A DNA stretch of 64,000 nt from Eledone cirrhosa (taxonomy: Eukaryota): assembly GCA_964016885.1 (NCBI GenBank), contig OZ024742.1, forward strand, positions 197,780,001 through 197,844,000, in the 5' to 3' direction. A program made the position numbers and the translations under genes. How positions within the stretch are numbered: the first letter of the stretch is position 1; each line of letters opens with the position of its first letter. The notes under the pieces are model-generated. The model saw only the letters and a program-made list of their open reading frames with translations. It had not been told where the DNA came from and made no database searches. Shown here piece by piece: positions 35,702 through 48,470 of the stretch.

Positions 35702-36362
35702 TATATAGACACACATGTATATACACACAAATATACCTATATACATAAATATGCATATATATATATATAACACAAAGATGAACATATATACATATACCTA
35801 TATACACAGACAGATATACATATGCATACATATACATGCTGGTGACACAAGAAATAGCACCCAGCCCTCGATGTAACGACATGATTGGCATTAGGAAAGG
35901 CATCCAGCCATAGAAACCAATCCAAAATACTGATCTGTATGAGCAAGATATGGTCACCTCATGTGACTTGTTTCATAATGTGACAACCCGTCTAACCCAT
36001 TCAAGCGTGGAAAAATAGATGTTAAAAGGTGATAATGATGATACATATCTACAAATACATACACACATATATATATACACACACACATAAACCGCCTAAC
36101 ATCTATTTTCCATGCTTGCATGGGTTACACAGCTATCACATGTTGAAGCCAGACTGGTCAGATGACTAGGTCCTGCTCATACGCTTTGTTTTGACTTGGC
36201 TTCTACAGCTGGATGCCCTTCCTAATGCCAACCAGTTTACATAGTGTACTGAGAGCATATTATCGTGACTTTAACACTACCACTTTACAGGGTTAACTTG
36301 ATGCTTTTATAGCGGCACCAGTATTATTTGGACAAGTCATGCTGTGTGTGTGTGAATCAGGA

Positions 36363-36570
36363 TTAACCCTTTAGTATTTACATTACTCTATATTTACTAT
36401 TGTATTTTCGTGATAAAGGCTTTACCTCACATAGTATCAAATCTGTGAGATTTTGATATTATTTATTTTGAGAAAAAATACCTTAACGTCGATGTGAACG
36501 GCTGGTTACAGCCAGTTTTAACAGAAAGAGGTGGGAGAATTCTGGTCAGATACAGCCAGTTTAAATGCCA
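36363..36570. mobile_element. piggyBac-type MITE family 1, right end clipped
   Basis: Starts TTAACCCTTTAG; body matches the other copies. Confidence 0.8.
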
Positions 36571-37005
36571 GTATTAAACTAGTTAGATCATTATTCAACA
36601 AAGTACTTGATAGTTGGGATAGTAGAGTGTTACTATATTAGAATCAGAGCTCTTGCCTTTTCGACAACTAATTCCAGTCTGGAATTAGCCTTAAAAAAAA
36701 GCAAGAGCTCAATCATCTATATACACACACACACACGTATAAAACAAATATAATAGCTAACAAATATTTCATGGATATATATTTTGCTGTTTTTTTTTTT
36801 TAGTTGGTGCATTTTTTTGTTTGTTTTTGTATTTTTTTAAAGTTTACTTGCCCTAGAAAAATAATAATACACTTGACAATGTTATGTGAGGGAGGGGAGG
36901 AGAATGAGTACAGCTTATAATTTCTGAAAGTATTCTGCACAATCCCAAACTGCGTATGCATGATATGCACATATGTATATGTGTTTGTGCGTACACGTAT
37001 ACTCA

Positions 37006-37073
<68 letters not shown>

Positions 37074-37129
37074 AAAGTCGAGACAGTAAACAGAAAACAA
37101 AAAAACGTGGAAGCGAAGAGGCAGTAAAA

Positions 37130-37170
<41 letters not shown>

Positions 37171-37789
37171 AACACACACACAACACACATATATACATAT
37201 ACACACACAGACACATAAACATACACACTGACATACATGTGTCTGTTTTAATATTTTTCAAATACAATCTAAAAATTAAGAACTTTTTTTTTTCTAAATT
37301 CTAGTTGAAGCTTGTTAGCTATGAACACCATCACTGGCTAATTAATGAAAATGCCATAGAAACTATAAAAATATGTTTTAAAAAAATAATGTTCTCAACA
37401 GCAGCATAACTTGAGTGAGTAGGAGTAGGTCAGTATGTATAGGGTGAGGAGGAACGACATCTGGTTCAACTTAAGATTTATTATACTATACTATAGTGAG
37501 CCCACACTGTCAAAATTGATGCCATTCACATGTATATTAAGTTATTCATATGCAAGATGTATGCAAAGGAATGGGAAAAAGTCTGTAGAGTTTAATTCTC
37601 TTATATTTCAAATGAAAAACACTGACTATCCTTTTCAAGTACTTTCTAAAATAATCAAGAATTTGGTGGGATTAAGTAATACAACGGTCATTATTAAGCT
37701 CGTGTTTGAAGAACAAAGATCCTTACATAAAATTGATGGAAAGTTTTTTTGATAAATATAAACACCTTAAAATAAACATATAAAACGGT

Positions 37790-38155
37790 AGCGCTAGTGA
37801 TATGATAAAATGCACCCAACCCACATTGTGATGTGGTAGTGCTGATGCCACAATTAAATACACCGAACCCACACTGTAAAGCAGTAATGCTGGTATCCTG
37901 ATAACATGCAAACAGCCCACAATGTAAAGTAGTAGTGCTGGTGCCACAATAAAATGCACCCAGTCCACTCAGTAAAGTGATAGTGTTGGTGTCAATAAAA
38001 TGCACCCAGTACATGCTGCAAATTGAATCAGCATCCAGTCAAGGTAACCATGCCAAAATGGAACATATAAGCAAGATAGTTAGGTGGCCTGTCTAATATC
38101 AGGTGATAATCTATTTAACCCATGCCAGCATAGAAAACTGCTTTGTTGATGATGC
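37790..38155 (+). mobile_element. RTE-tail element with about 5 degenerate 48-bp units
   Basis: Repeats of GTGCTGGTGCCAC.ATAAAATGCACCCA, followed by GCATCCAG...CCCATGCCAGCAT.GAAAA...GATGATG. Confidence 0.75.
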
Positions 38156-39292
38156 GCATGCACACAAATACACTCTTAGACACAGTGGGTTTCTGCAGTT
38201 TCTGTCTACCAAATATCATTGAAAACATTGATGAATCTAGAGGTTAACTTAAAACAAGAACAGTCATTTTATGTCCATTTTCCCTGCTAGAACATGAAAG
38301 ACTTCATACTTATCATAAAGTCCTTACTGAGGCAATGCTTTACAACTAGATGCCCTTCCTGGTGCCAAACCTTTCAGTCACATCTTATGATATGCAAGGA
38401 TATGGTACACTTTTTCTAAACCTGACACCCAGAGTAAGTTGCTTTATTCTAAACACAACAATAGTTTTAAGGTCATTGTCCCTTCCAAGGCCCCATTACA
38501 GACTTCATACTTATCATGAGGCCCTTTCTGAGGCAAAATTTTACAGCTAGATGCACTTCCTGGCGTCAACTCTTTCAGTCAGTTCCTACAGCACACATGG
38601 ATACGGTGTACCTGTTGTAAACCTGATACATACAATCTTATCAATTTACTGACAAATTAATATCAGATACAAGAAACATCTAAATGTTCTCAAGTCAAGT
38701 CAGTTCATTTTGTAATTAATTAGTTTTGCTGTATTACAAAATATTTTTTTATTTTTTATTTAATGTAATCAATATTTGAATATTATTATATGTTCATCAT
38801 AGAAATGTAGTATTTATTAATTAATTTTGTATTTATTTTTTAAATCACAACAGTATCATCATCAGTGTTTTTACATCCATTTTCCATGCTGCTATAGGTT
38901 GGAGGGGTTGTCACGTTCTGAGACCAGACAAGTCAGAAGACCACGTCGTCTTCATATATTTTATTGTTTACGAAATTCATGACAAAAAAATACAATAAAA
39001 TAATGAAGATTCCTTTATTACAGTTTTACAGTCACTAAACTGCGACCATACTGGGGCACAGCCTTAAAGGGATTTAATAGATCATATTGACCACAGTACT
39101 TATTTTATCAATCTTATTTTGTCAAACCACTAAGTTGTGGGAAATAAACACAAACATATACGTAAACAAGACTGTTACTGCTCTAACCAATCCATTCATC
39201 TTCGATAACTACCCTAAATAGACACACATATATACACTACATACATATATAGAACAAACACAAGCAATCATTGAATGCCCTATGTGTAAACA

Positions 39293-39330
<38 letters not shown>

Positions 39331-39348
39331 TATATATATATATCTATC

Positions 39349-39670
39349 ATCATCATCATCGTTTAACGTCCGTGTTCCACGCTTGCATGGGTTTGGACGG
39401 GAGTTTTCCCACTTGAGGCAAGAGTGATTGTCTTGCTCGCATAGGACTGTCTGGCGGGTTTTCTACAGCCGGATGCCCTTCCTAACACCAACCACATTTA
39501 CAGTGTGGGGGTTGGGAGGTTTTTACCGTGTTGCCTACGCGGCCACATTACAGCGTGGACTGTGTGTTTTTTTGTCGTGACACCTACACGATCTCATTTG
39601 TTTCGGCCTGGATGTTGTGGCACCAACATAACTTTACATTGGAAGGGGCGGTGTGGATGGGGTGGGGGAT
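39349..39670 (-). mobile_element. 5'-truncated copy of an RTE LINE B-type 3' UTR
   Basis: Colinear with 55141-55480 and nearly identical to 47527-47800. Confidence 0.85.
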
Positions 39671-39685
39671 ATACATATATATATA

Positions 39686-39872
39686 TATAAAGAGGAAAAT
39701 TCAAAGTTGTAGATGTTAGAGTCTTTTATTAATTGAGCTGTAACACAATTGTTACCTTTTACACAATTTTGCTGTCTGAAGAAATCACGATATCTATCGT
39801 CATGGAAATATATATAACGGCTCAATTAATAAAAGATTAACATCTGCAACTTCACATTTTCCTCTTTATAAA
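39686..39872. mobile_element. Small palindromic MITE inserted in (TA)n
   Basis: TATAAAGAGGAAAAT...TCTTTTATTAATTGAGC mirrored by GCTCAATTAATAAAAGA...ATTTTCCTCTTTATA. Confidence 0.75.
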
Positions 39873-40110
39873 TATACTCCATCATCCTTGTTTTAAAGAA
39901 GTAATATGACGAGTGCTTGAAGTTAATTACATCATTGTATACCGAATATATATATATATATATATTGGACCTGGCTTGTCTCACAACGGAGCAACTCGTC
40001 TAACCCATGCTCGGGTGGAAAAATGGACATTAAATGGTGATGATGATATATAAGATGAAGATAGTAATGGGACATAAACAAATAGAACCAGGTCTTAAAA
40101 GTACATTCTA

Positions 40111-40145
<35 letters not shown>

Positions 40146-41777
40146 ATCATCTGTCCACTTTGCATGTTGGCACGAGTTGGATGAATTGTTACTGTCTGAG
40201 ACTAGATTGATCAAGATAACCATGTTTTGACTCATACATCGTGTATTTGACATGGTTTCTATAATTGGAGGCCCTTCCCAATGCCAACCACTTTACAGAA
40301 TGTACTGGAAGCATTTCATCATGGCACTAATACACCCACATGGACACACAATCCCTAAACAACTTTGTTATAGTTTGGTGAATAATTTGAATATTATTTA
40401 TTCCATCTATAACAGATTATGTACGGGTAAAAAAAAATTAGCAGCTTAAATTACCAAAACTACACTAGAACATTCCACTGTCACTATGGTTACTATAACC
40501 GCCATTAAGTATATTTAGTTATATTAATATGGCTACCACAACCCTCATTTTCTAGAGTGGTTAAATCGAATACAAACTGATTGCCCTTCAAAACACTCCC
40601 TGTTCTGTGATGCAATAAGAATGGAACCAAGCCTAGAATATAGCAGTAAGTACTGTTATATCTAGGAACATGACAGTAGCAGATTTATAGTATTTTGTAG
40701 TTGTTTTGTTTACTGTTTAGATAAGTAGGGAAGGGCAGTGTCTATGACCCCATTTCAGTGCCTCTTACACTAGTCGAGAGAGGAAGGGAAGTACCTATGA
40801 TACTTTTCAGGGTCTTCTAGCTTGCACAAGAGTGGACTTTACTAAAGTCATTAAAGATTCAGACAGTAGCCTTAACCCTTTTGATACAAACACATCCAAA
40901 ACTGGTTCCTATTTAAATTAAAATCTTCCAATATAATTTTATGTAACAACCATCTGTTAAGTTACTATCTTAGTAATGAAATAATAATTTTAGTAAATAC
41001 TTTAAAATTGTTCATTGATTACTCTCAGGTTCCCCAAAATAGGAAGTAAGGGTGGAATAAGCGGGGAGTTGGAAAATCAGTAATTTTTTTTAGGTTGTCT
41101 CAATTGAATTGTGTAAAAACCAGAATTAGTTGTTTAGTTTATAATATTGTGACACCCCAACCTATTCTATTTATTTTATAACGTATGGGATTTCTAGCAA
41201 TGTACTGTTTTTTGGTTGTGTATAATGTATTTTAATGTCTAAAGAAAATTAATTGTCGCAGGAATGCTAATACTTAAAATAAAATTTTACCAGATAGATC
41301 AGCAAAATTTAAAAAGCACGGCAGGGAAGTGGGGAGGGGACTCTGAAAAATTAATAAGCAGAAACCCAAAAGTAATTGAAATAGAGTGTTTCATTGGAAA
41401 AGGTTAATGGCTTTTCCAGTTCATTGTTTTGATCACTCATAGTGACCTCATATACATATAACAATTAACCTCAGGCTAAACTACACTGCCAAAACTCAAT
41501 ACTACTATGTCAATAATTTTAGTATGTTTATTAATTAATTGAAATAAAGTGTATTTTATTAGAAATATGATCATAAAAGGGTTAGATCAAGTGACTAACT
41601 AATTAAGTTTACCACCCAAGTAGGCTACAACAGGATTTAAAATCAAAGTAAAGAGCTGGAAGAAACACCACAAGGCATCTCATCCAATGCTCTAACAATT
41701 CTACCAATCTACTACCCTTAACTTGTACTTTATATTATCAATGGCAGAAATGATGAAAGGCAAAGTTGTCCCCAGAG

Positions 41778-42190
41778 CATAGCTGGTGCCTGGGTATTTA
41801 GCACCCTAAGCTAGTCCGTCAATGTGTACCTCATGCTCACATATAACATAATTTAAACTTATAGTTTGGCAAGCTGACAAACCTAGTTTTCGACACACCA
41901 TGCTCTGTGCTCTGAGCACACTAAGAAAATTACTAAGCATACATTTTCAACAAACAGCTACACTACCCCATACCAAATCATATGACCAGTCATAACACTA
42001 TATGAACCCCTCCACTTTGGATATTACCACAATGCTGCTACACAGCAGAAGCTGTTGAGGGATTAGTTTATTGATTACAGGAAATAATTGAATTATACAA
42101 ATTTGTCTTAAACTGTGATCCTTTAAGGTTCAGTAATGCAGCTCGCTGAGGTAGCTGCCTAGATGGCTTTAAGAGTAGTGTCACCCCTTC
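41778..42190. mobile_element. Non-autonomous DNA-transposon-like repeat (second copy at 52128-52485)
   Basis: Shared AGCTGGTGCCTGG.TATTT.G..CCCTA.GCTAG start and GAGGTAGCTG.CTAG.TGGC.TTAA..GTAGTGTCA end. Confidence 0.6.
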
Positions 42191-42825
42191 TTCAGTGGGA
42201 GTTGGAACCTAGCTGGAAAGAAGCAGCAAGTACTGTCGATGAAAACATAATTACTGTAAAAATTCTCCAAACTAACGCCGAACATTCCACCGACACATCT
42301 ATCTATCACATAGTTTTCAGGGAGATTCAGCATGACACAGTGTGTAACAAGGCAAGCCCTTTGAATTACAAGTACAACTCATTTTTCTCTAGCTATGTGG
42401 AATGGAACAATGTGAAATAAAGTGTTGTGCTGAAGGACACAACACATACAACCAGAAATCAAACTTATGACCCTTCAATCATGAGCTAAACATCCTAACC
42501 ATTAAGATTTTACACTATATATATATATATAGATATATATATATACACACACACACAAATCACAAAGCAACACAAGGACAGGGAACCTTTCTGAGTTACA
42601 GACACACTGTCAGCAATCTAACTTAATTCCTAGCTGTCAGAAAGGCAGTGAACCAGTAACTGTGGCCTATTAGAAACATGTAACCAATGACATTACTGTT
42701 CACAAATTAGAGATAATAAAGTCAACAGCCCAAGGAAGGGTGGAAAGAGAAGGAACTACATCATGTGTGTGTATGCATATATACATATATAAATGAATAT
42801 ATATACACTCACAACCCCACCCTAC

Positions 42826-42856
<31 letters not shown>

Positions 42857-43863
42857 CATACACACACACACACACATGGACAATTAGCAGAATGGCTCAA
42901 AATATGACATACAAGAAATTCCAACATGCTTATGTGTGTACTTATATATATATCATCATTTTACGTCTGCTTTTCCTTGCTTGCAATATATATATAAATA
43001 ATAGTGCTGGTGCAATGATAAAAGCACTCAGTTTATACTGTATGGCAGTAGTGCTGGTGCCAAGAAAAATACCACCTGGTTTCCCCACCCCACCCCGTGA
43101 AGCAGTAGTACCGAAGACATGATAAAATCCTCACAGTACATGCTGTAAAGTGGTTGGTGTTAAGGAAGAGTATCCAGTCATAGAAAACAAACCAAAATTG
43201 TGGCATACAAACAATATGTTGTTAACTGAACAGTCTATATCTGACAACCCGTTTAACCCATATAAGCATGGAAAATAGACAATAAATGGTGATGATGATG
43301 ATACATCATCATCATTTTATGTTTATTTTCCACACTTCCATGGGTTTCACATGTCACACTGAAGCTAGACAAACAGGTCAATTACTGTCTTGCTCATACG
43401 TTCCATTTTGGGATGGTTTCCATAGCTGTATGGTATACCCTTCCTAACACCAACCACTTTATGGTGTGTACCAGGTCTGTTTACTTGTGGTAGGACTACT
43501 AACACATGACAGAATGGACTGTGGTTTTTTGGGGGTTTTTTTGTGGTACCAGTACTATATATATATATATATATGGATAAAGGATAATGACCATAGGGTT
43601 TGCACCTAGAAAGTTCCCTTTAAGGCACAAACCCAGACACGGTTGTTTGGGGAAGATCAGCAGTCGCCCATACATACCAGTCTCTCCTCTCCATGCCACC
43701 AATGTTGGAAAGGGAAAGACAAAGGACAATAAAACTTGGCACCAATGATGTCACAACTCATTGTTACAGCTGAGTGAACTGGAGCAATGTGAAATAAAGA
43801 GTCTTTCTCAAGGACACAATGCATCACCCGGTCTGAGAATCAAACTCACAATCTCATGATTGT

Positions 43864-43903
<40 letters not shown>

Positions 43904-45191
43904 AATTAATAAAGATTTAAAGATGCACCTTATGTTTTTGTATGCAAATTTACAGTACACAACAACAAAAATTAGTTCACATAAATTATATTTTTTTTAT
44001 AAAATAGATAACCGTGATTATTTCTGCTGAACCACCTAATTTGTTTTTGTACTGACCAAGATTACATTTGTGCTGGTGCTGTGTATATTTAAACACATAG
44101 TTCATGTACCGCTTGCATTTGTGGTGGTGTTGTATATTTTTTAAACATGGTATTGGATGCAGCTTATGTCATTTCTAAAACAAGAGACGCAAGTAAACAG
44201 AAGAGGAATTCTTCCCAGTCAATTAATCATAATCAATCTAAATTTAATTTGACACACATTGATAATTAATTCTGGTGATGTATCAATTACCATCATTTTA
44301 CGTCTGTTTTTCATGTAAATCATCATTGTCCGAGATTAAATGGGTTGGAGAACCATATTTTTCTCATACATTCCATATTTTGGCATGGTTTCTGAAGCTG
44401 GATGCTCTTCCTGATACCAGTGTGTACTAGGAGTAATTTTATCATGTCACAGGCACTGACGCTTAACTGAGTAAATGGGGGGGGGGGGGGGGCATTTTAT
44501 TGTGGCCTCAGCACAACCACTTTACAGAGTGTAGTGGGTACATTTTATCATGGCACCAACACTGATATGTTATAGAACGTAATAGGTGAACTATGTCATG
44601 TCACCAGTATTAGAGAGTCCTTTCTATCTGATATTGCCGCCAATCAATTGTCAACCACTTTACTGAATACACAGGTTGCATTTTATCATAGCACCAACAC
44701 TAGAGAGGTTGTCAAGTCTTCAAAAGAGGGCTTGCTAAGTTTTCAATAGTCAACAGATACTTTCTACCCAACATTGTCTTGGTTAGTTTGTGCCCCACTT
44801 TACAGAATTCCTTTATCATCATCATCATTTAACTCTTAACATCCTGCAATAACTTTACAAAAAATGTCTAAAAAGTGTTTTGTTAATTCACATTTACAGT
44901 ATCTTTACTTTAGACAAATTGTTGTAAAAATTTGCGGTTTTAGAGTAAAATCTTTAATTCTTAATATCATGCAGCCATTGTACATTTTAAGAATGTCTTT
45001 TTCAGAATATGATTTTATGTTGTTGCTCTTGATCTCTCTCTCTTTTTCTTGCTCTTCCTGCCCTCACTCACTTGCTGTCCTTCCCTCCCTCTTCTACTCT
45101 ATGAATCCCTATACAAAGTTATCTTTAAACATTTTTTTTCCATATTTTGTTTCTCGTCTAACTTTCTATTTCTTCTCTTTTCCCTCATTCT

Positions 45192-45230
45192 ATCTTTTGA
45201 TGAAAGTCTAACATCCAAAACATTAACACT
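45192..45230 (+). ncRNA. Heavily decayed copy of the hammerhead-like motif at 54924-54959
   Basis: Same flanks on both sides (CTCATTCTATCTT upstream; ACTCTTTTCC.ACT.TATCAAG downstream). Confidence 0.4.
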
Positions 45231-45944
45231 CTTTTCCTACTATATCAAGCATTAAACTAAAATATATCATCATTGCATTATTCTCCTTGTTGACTTTTCT
45301 CTTATAAAAACTGTAGCTTTACTTACACTAAATTTATTATTTATAAATAAATTTCATATTTATTTATCACTAGTTGCTATATATGACTTTCATGTCTATT
45401 TTTTTTAATAGTTCCTCTACTTTCTTTTAAAATGACATTGAAGGTAGTTTAACAGATTTCTAATGAAACTGCTTCATGTATTATGTAAATAGGGAGAACA
45501 CAGTGACAGTAGAATAATGAAGAATTGGAGGACAAATATTTGAAGCATTTAATTCATTAAGAGATATACATGAAAATGGAAAACATATACACATAAATAT
45601 ATATATAAACGTACCCAGTACACTCTGTAAAGTGGTTGGGTAGTATAGGAAGGGCCATAGGAATTTTGCCAAACAAAGAGTTTGGAGGACCCTCAGTTGT
45701 GTCAAAGACATGAGACCTCTACTATGTACTTGGTAGAATGTGAACCATACATAAACAAGACACAGATCCCTGGCTTATCTGGGAGATCAGTAGTCCCATT
45801 TCAGTATTGACTTGGTCTATGTAGACCCATTCAACCCTTGCTAGCAGGGAAAATGGATGTTAAAACAACGATGATGATATACATACACACACATTTTTGT
45901 ATCATCACCATCTAGTGTCCATTTTTCCAAGCTAGGATGGGTTG

Positions 45945-46024
<80 letters not shown>

Positions 46025-46036
46025 ACACGCACACAC

Positions 46037-46077
<41 letters not shown>

Positions 46078-46172
46078 TAAAAGTTTAAATAACACCAAAG
46101 ATTTAAAGCATGTAATTATAACTATAGCATATTAATACTACTATTATATATATATATATATATATATATAAT

Positions 46173-46361
46173 GGCGGTGAATTGGCAGTATCGGTAGAGG
46201 GTCGGACGCCATGCTTTGACGCATAGAGTTACGGCCCTTGCCATTCTGAGTTCAAATCCCGCCGAGGTTAACTTTGCCTTTCATCCTTACGGGGTCAATA
46301 AAATAAAGTACCAGTAATACACTGGGAAATTGCTGGCCTTGTGCCAAAAGTAGAAACAATT
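46173..46361 (+). mobile_element. SINE family A, full length and well preserved
   Basis: GGCGGTGAATTGGCAGTATCGG (A box), GAGTTCAAATCCCGCC (B box), conserved core and tail; inserted in (TA)n. Confidence 0.92.
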
Positions 46362-46879
46362 ATATATATATATATAAAAGAGAGGCAGACAGACCACTGT
46401 AATGTTTTTAAAGTGTTCAACATTGATAATGCACTATCAACTAGCTGGTGATAATAGGTCAAAAACACATACATACACACACATTCATTCATAAATACTT
46501 CCATACAAACACACAGAGACAGACACAGATGCATTGATAAACACAGCCATACACACACACATAGATGATCTTATTTAATTGCATCACCTTGGTGATTAAA
46601 ATTCTTATGTAATTAAGAGAATTAACAAATTAGGCACTGAATCGACAAAGTCATTAGAGCATAGGACAAAATACTTGGTAATATTTGTTATGCTTCTCTG
46701 CATTATGAGTTCAAATCCTGAAGTTAACTTTGCATCTTTTTAACTTTTTGAGGTTGATAAACTAAAGAACCAGACATGGCCAGTAGATTAGTAGAATTGG
46801 ATGAAGTACCTTATAGTGTTTGTTCTGGATCCCTCCCTGAATTCTAAGTTCTTCAATCTTTATAGGTTGCTAAAATAAA

Positions 46880-47011
46880 GTATCAGTCCAGGGTAGGAGA
46901 TTGGCAGAATTATTAGAGCATCAGATGAAGTGCCTTGCAGTATTTGTATCAGTCCAGGGTAGGAGATTGGCAGAATTATTAGAGCATCAGATGAAGTGCC
47001 TTGCAGTATTT
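46880..47011. repeat. Near-perfect 66-bp tandem duplication including a SINE head
   Basis: GTATCAGTCCAGGGTAGGAGATTGGCAG...GCAGTATTT occurs twice. Confidence 0.9.
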
Positions 47012-47334
47012 TTTCCGGTTCTTTTCTTTCTAAGATCAGATCCGATCATGGTTGGTGAACTAGGGTGATAAACAATGTTTTACCCAGTTCAACACCATCC
47101 TTGGGTAGCTTTAGCAAGGTCAAATTGGACCAGATCTTCAGTTTGAAGGTTCCTTCCTCTGTGCTCTCTCACGGGTTTTAAAATGAGTTATAGGCACAGT
47201 CCTTCCTTAACTAAGAAAGGAAAAATATTGATCATCAGATAAGACCCCAAAAAACCATGTTTCCATTGGTCTTTCCAGTGCATCAACTTTTGGCAGAAGG
47301 AACAATATAAAATATTTTGCCCAGAAAAGTGGTT

Positions 47335-47800
47335 GTGTAGGTGTCATGACAAAAAGCACCGAGCCGACACTGTAAATGTGGGAGGCGTTAGGACAAACAT
47401 CAAGCCGTAGAAACCATGCCAGAATTAGTTTTGTATGAGCAAGACAAGGTCACCTGACTCGACTTGCCTCAAATGGAACAACCCATCTAACCCATGTTAG
47501 CATGGAAAATAGACATTAAACGATGATCATCATCATCGTTTAACGTCCATGTTCCACGCTTGCATGGGTTTGGACGGGAGTTTTCCCACTTGAGGCAAGA
47601 GTGGTTGTCTTGCTCGCATAGGACTGTCTGGCGGGTTTTCTACAGTTGGATGCCCTTCCTAACACCAACCACATTTACAGTGTGGGGCTGGGAGGTTTTT
47701 ACCGTGTTGCCTACACGGCCACATTACGGCGTGGACTGTGTGTTTTTTTTTTTTGTCGTGACACCTTCACGATCTCATTTGTTTCGGCCTGGATGTTGTG
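47335..47800. mobile_element. Two RTE-tail elements joined tail to tail
   Basis: Plus copy ends AAACGATGAT, immediately followed by CATCATCATCGTTTAAC of the minus copy. Confidence 0.85.
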
Positions 47801-48094
47801 ATAAACACAACACACTACTTGGTCCATGAATGGAAACCACAACCGTATGATTGTGAATCCAACACCCTAATCACTAGGCCACATACCTTCAAAATAACAC
47901 CCATGAGTTTGATTCCTGGATCAGATGGTGCATTGTGCTCTTAAGCAAGATGCTATATTTCATGTTTCTCTTTCTGCCTGATGTTATGGAAACATTGCCC
48001 CCACAATCTGATCTAACAATCAGCTTCTTTCTTTTTCCTGAATAAACAGTAAGATATATTAATTTAAACAAAGAACATGCACTAAATAATCACC

Positions 48095-48470
48095 AGACAT
48101 GACTTTGTGGCAAAGAAGTCAGCTTTGCAACCACAAGGTTTCAGGTTCTGGTCCCCTTTGTAGTGCCTTGGGCATGTCTTTTCTATAGCCTAGGGTTAAC
48201 CAATGTTTTGTATTTGGTAGGTGGAAGCTGCACAAAAGCCCATCGCGTGCGTGTGTGTGTGTATAAGAAAAGGCTGTGTTGTGTCCTCATGTCCGTATTT
48301 ACATTGCTGTTTATGTCCCATAAATTAGAGGTTTGGAAAATAGAGATCAATAATATAAGTGCCTGGCTTAAAAAGTAAATATCAGGGTTGATATAATCGA
48401 ATAAAAACCTTTCAAAGTGAGACTGCATCTAACCCTCAGACAAATGACTGAAATCAGTAAAAGACTATAC
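48095..48470 (+). mobile_element. SINE family B, full length, diverged (other copies 20870-20990, 49075-49230, 54670-54830, 61995-62155)
   Basis: tRNA-like head CATG.CT.TGTGG..AAGAAG...GCAACCAC..GGTT...GGTTC, then CCTTGGGCA.GTCTT, a TG tract and a CAAATGACTGAAA tail. Confidence 0.75.

Noticed and set aside
38290-38630. Diverged direct duplication containing GATGCCCTTCCT
   Set aside because: Ordinary local duplication of an RTE-tail-related repeat with no additional signal.
46173-46265. tRNA gene
   Set aside because: It has A and B boxes but no cloverleaf, continues into a SINE body, and is multi-copy.
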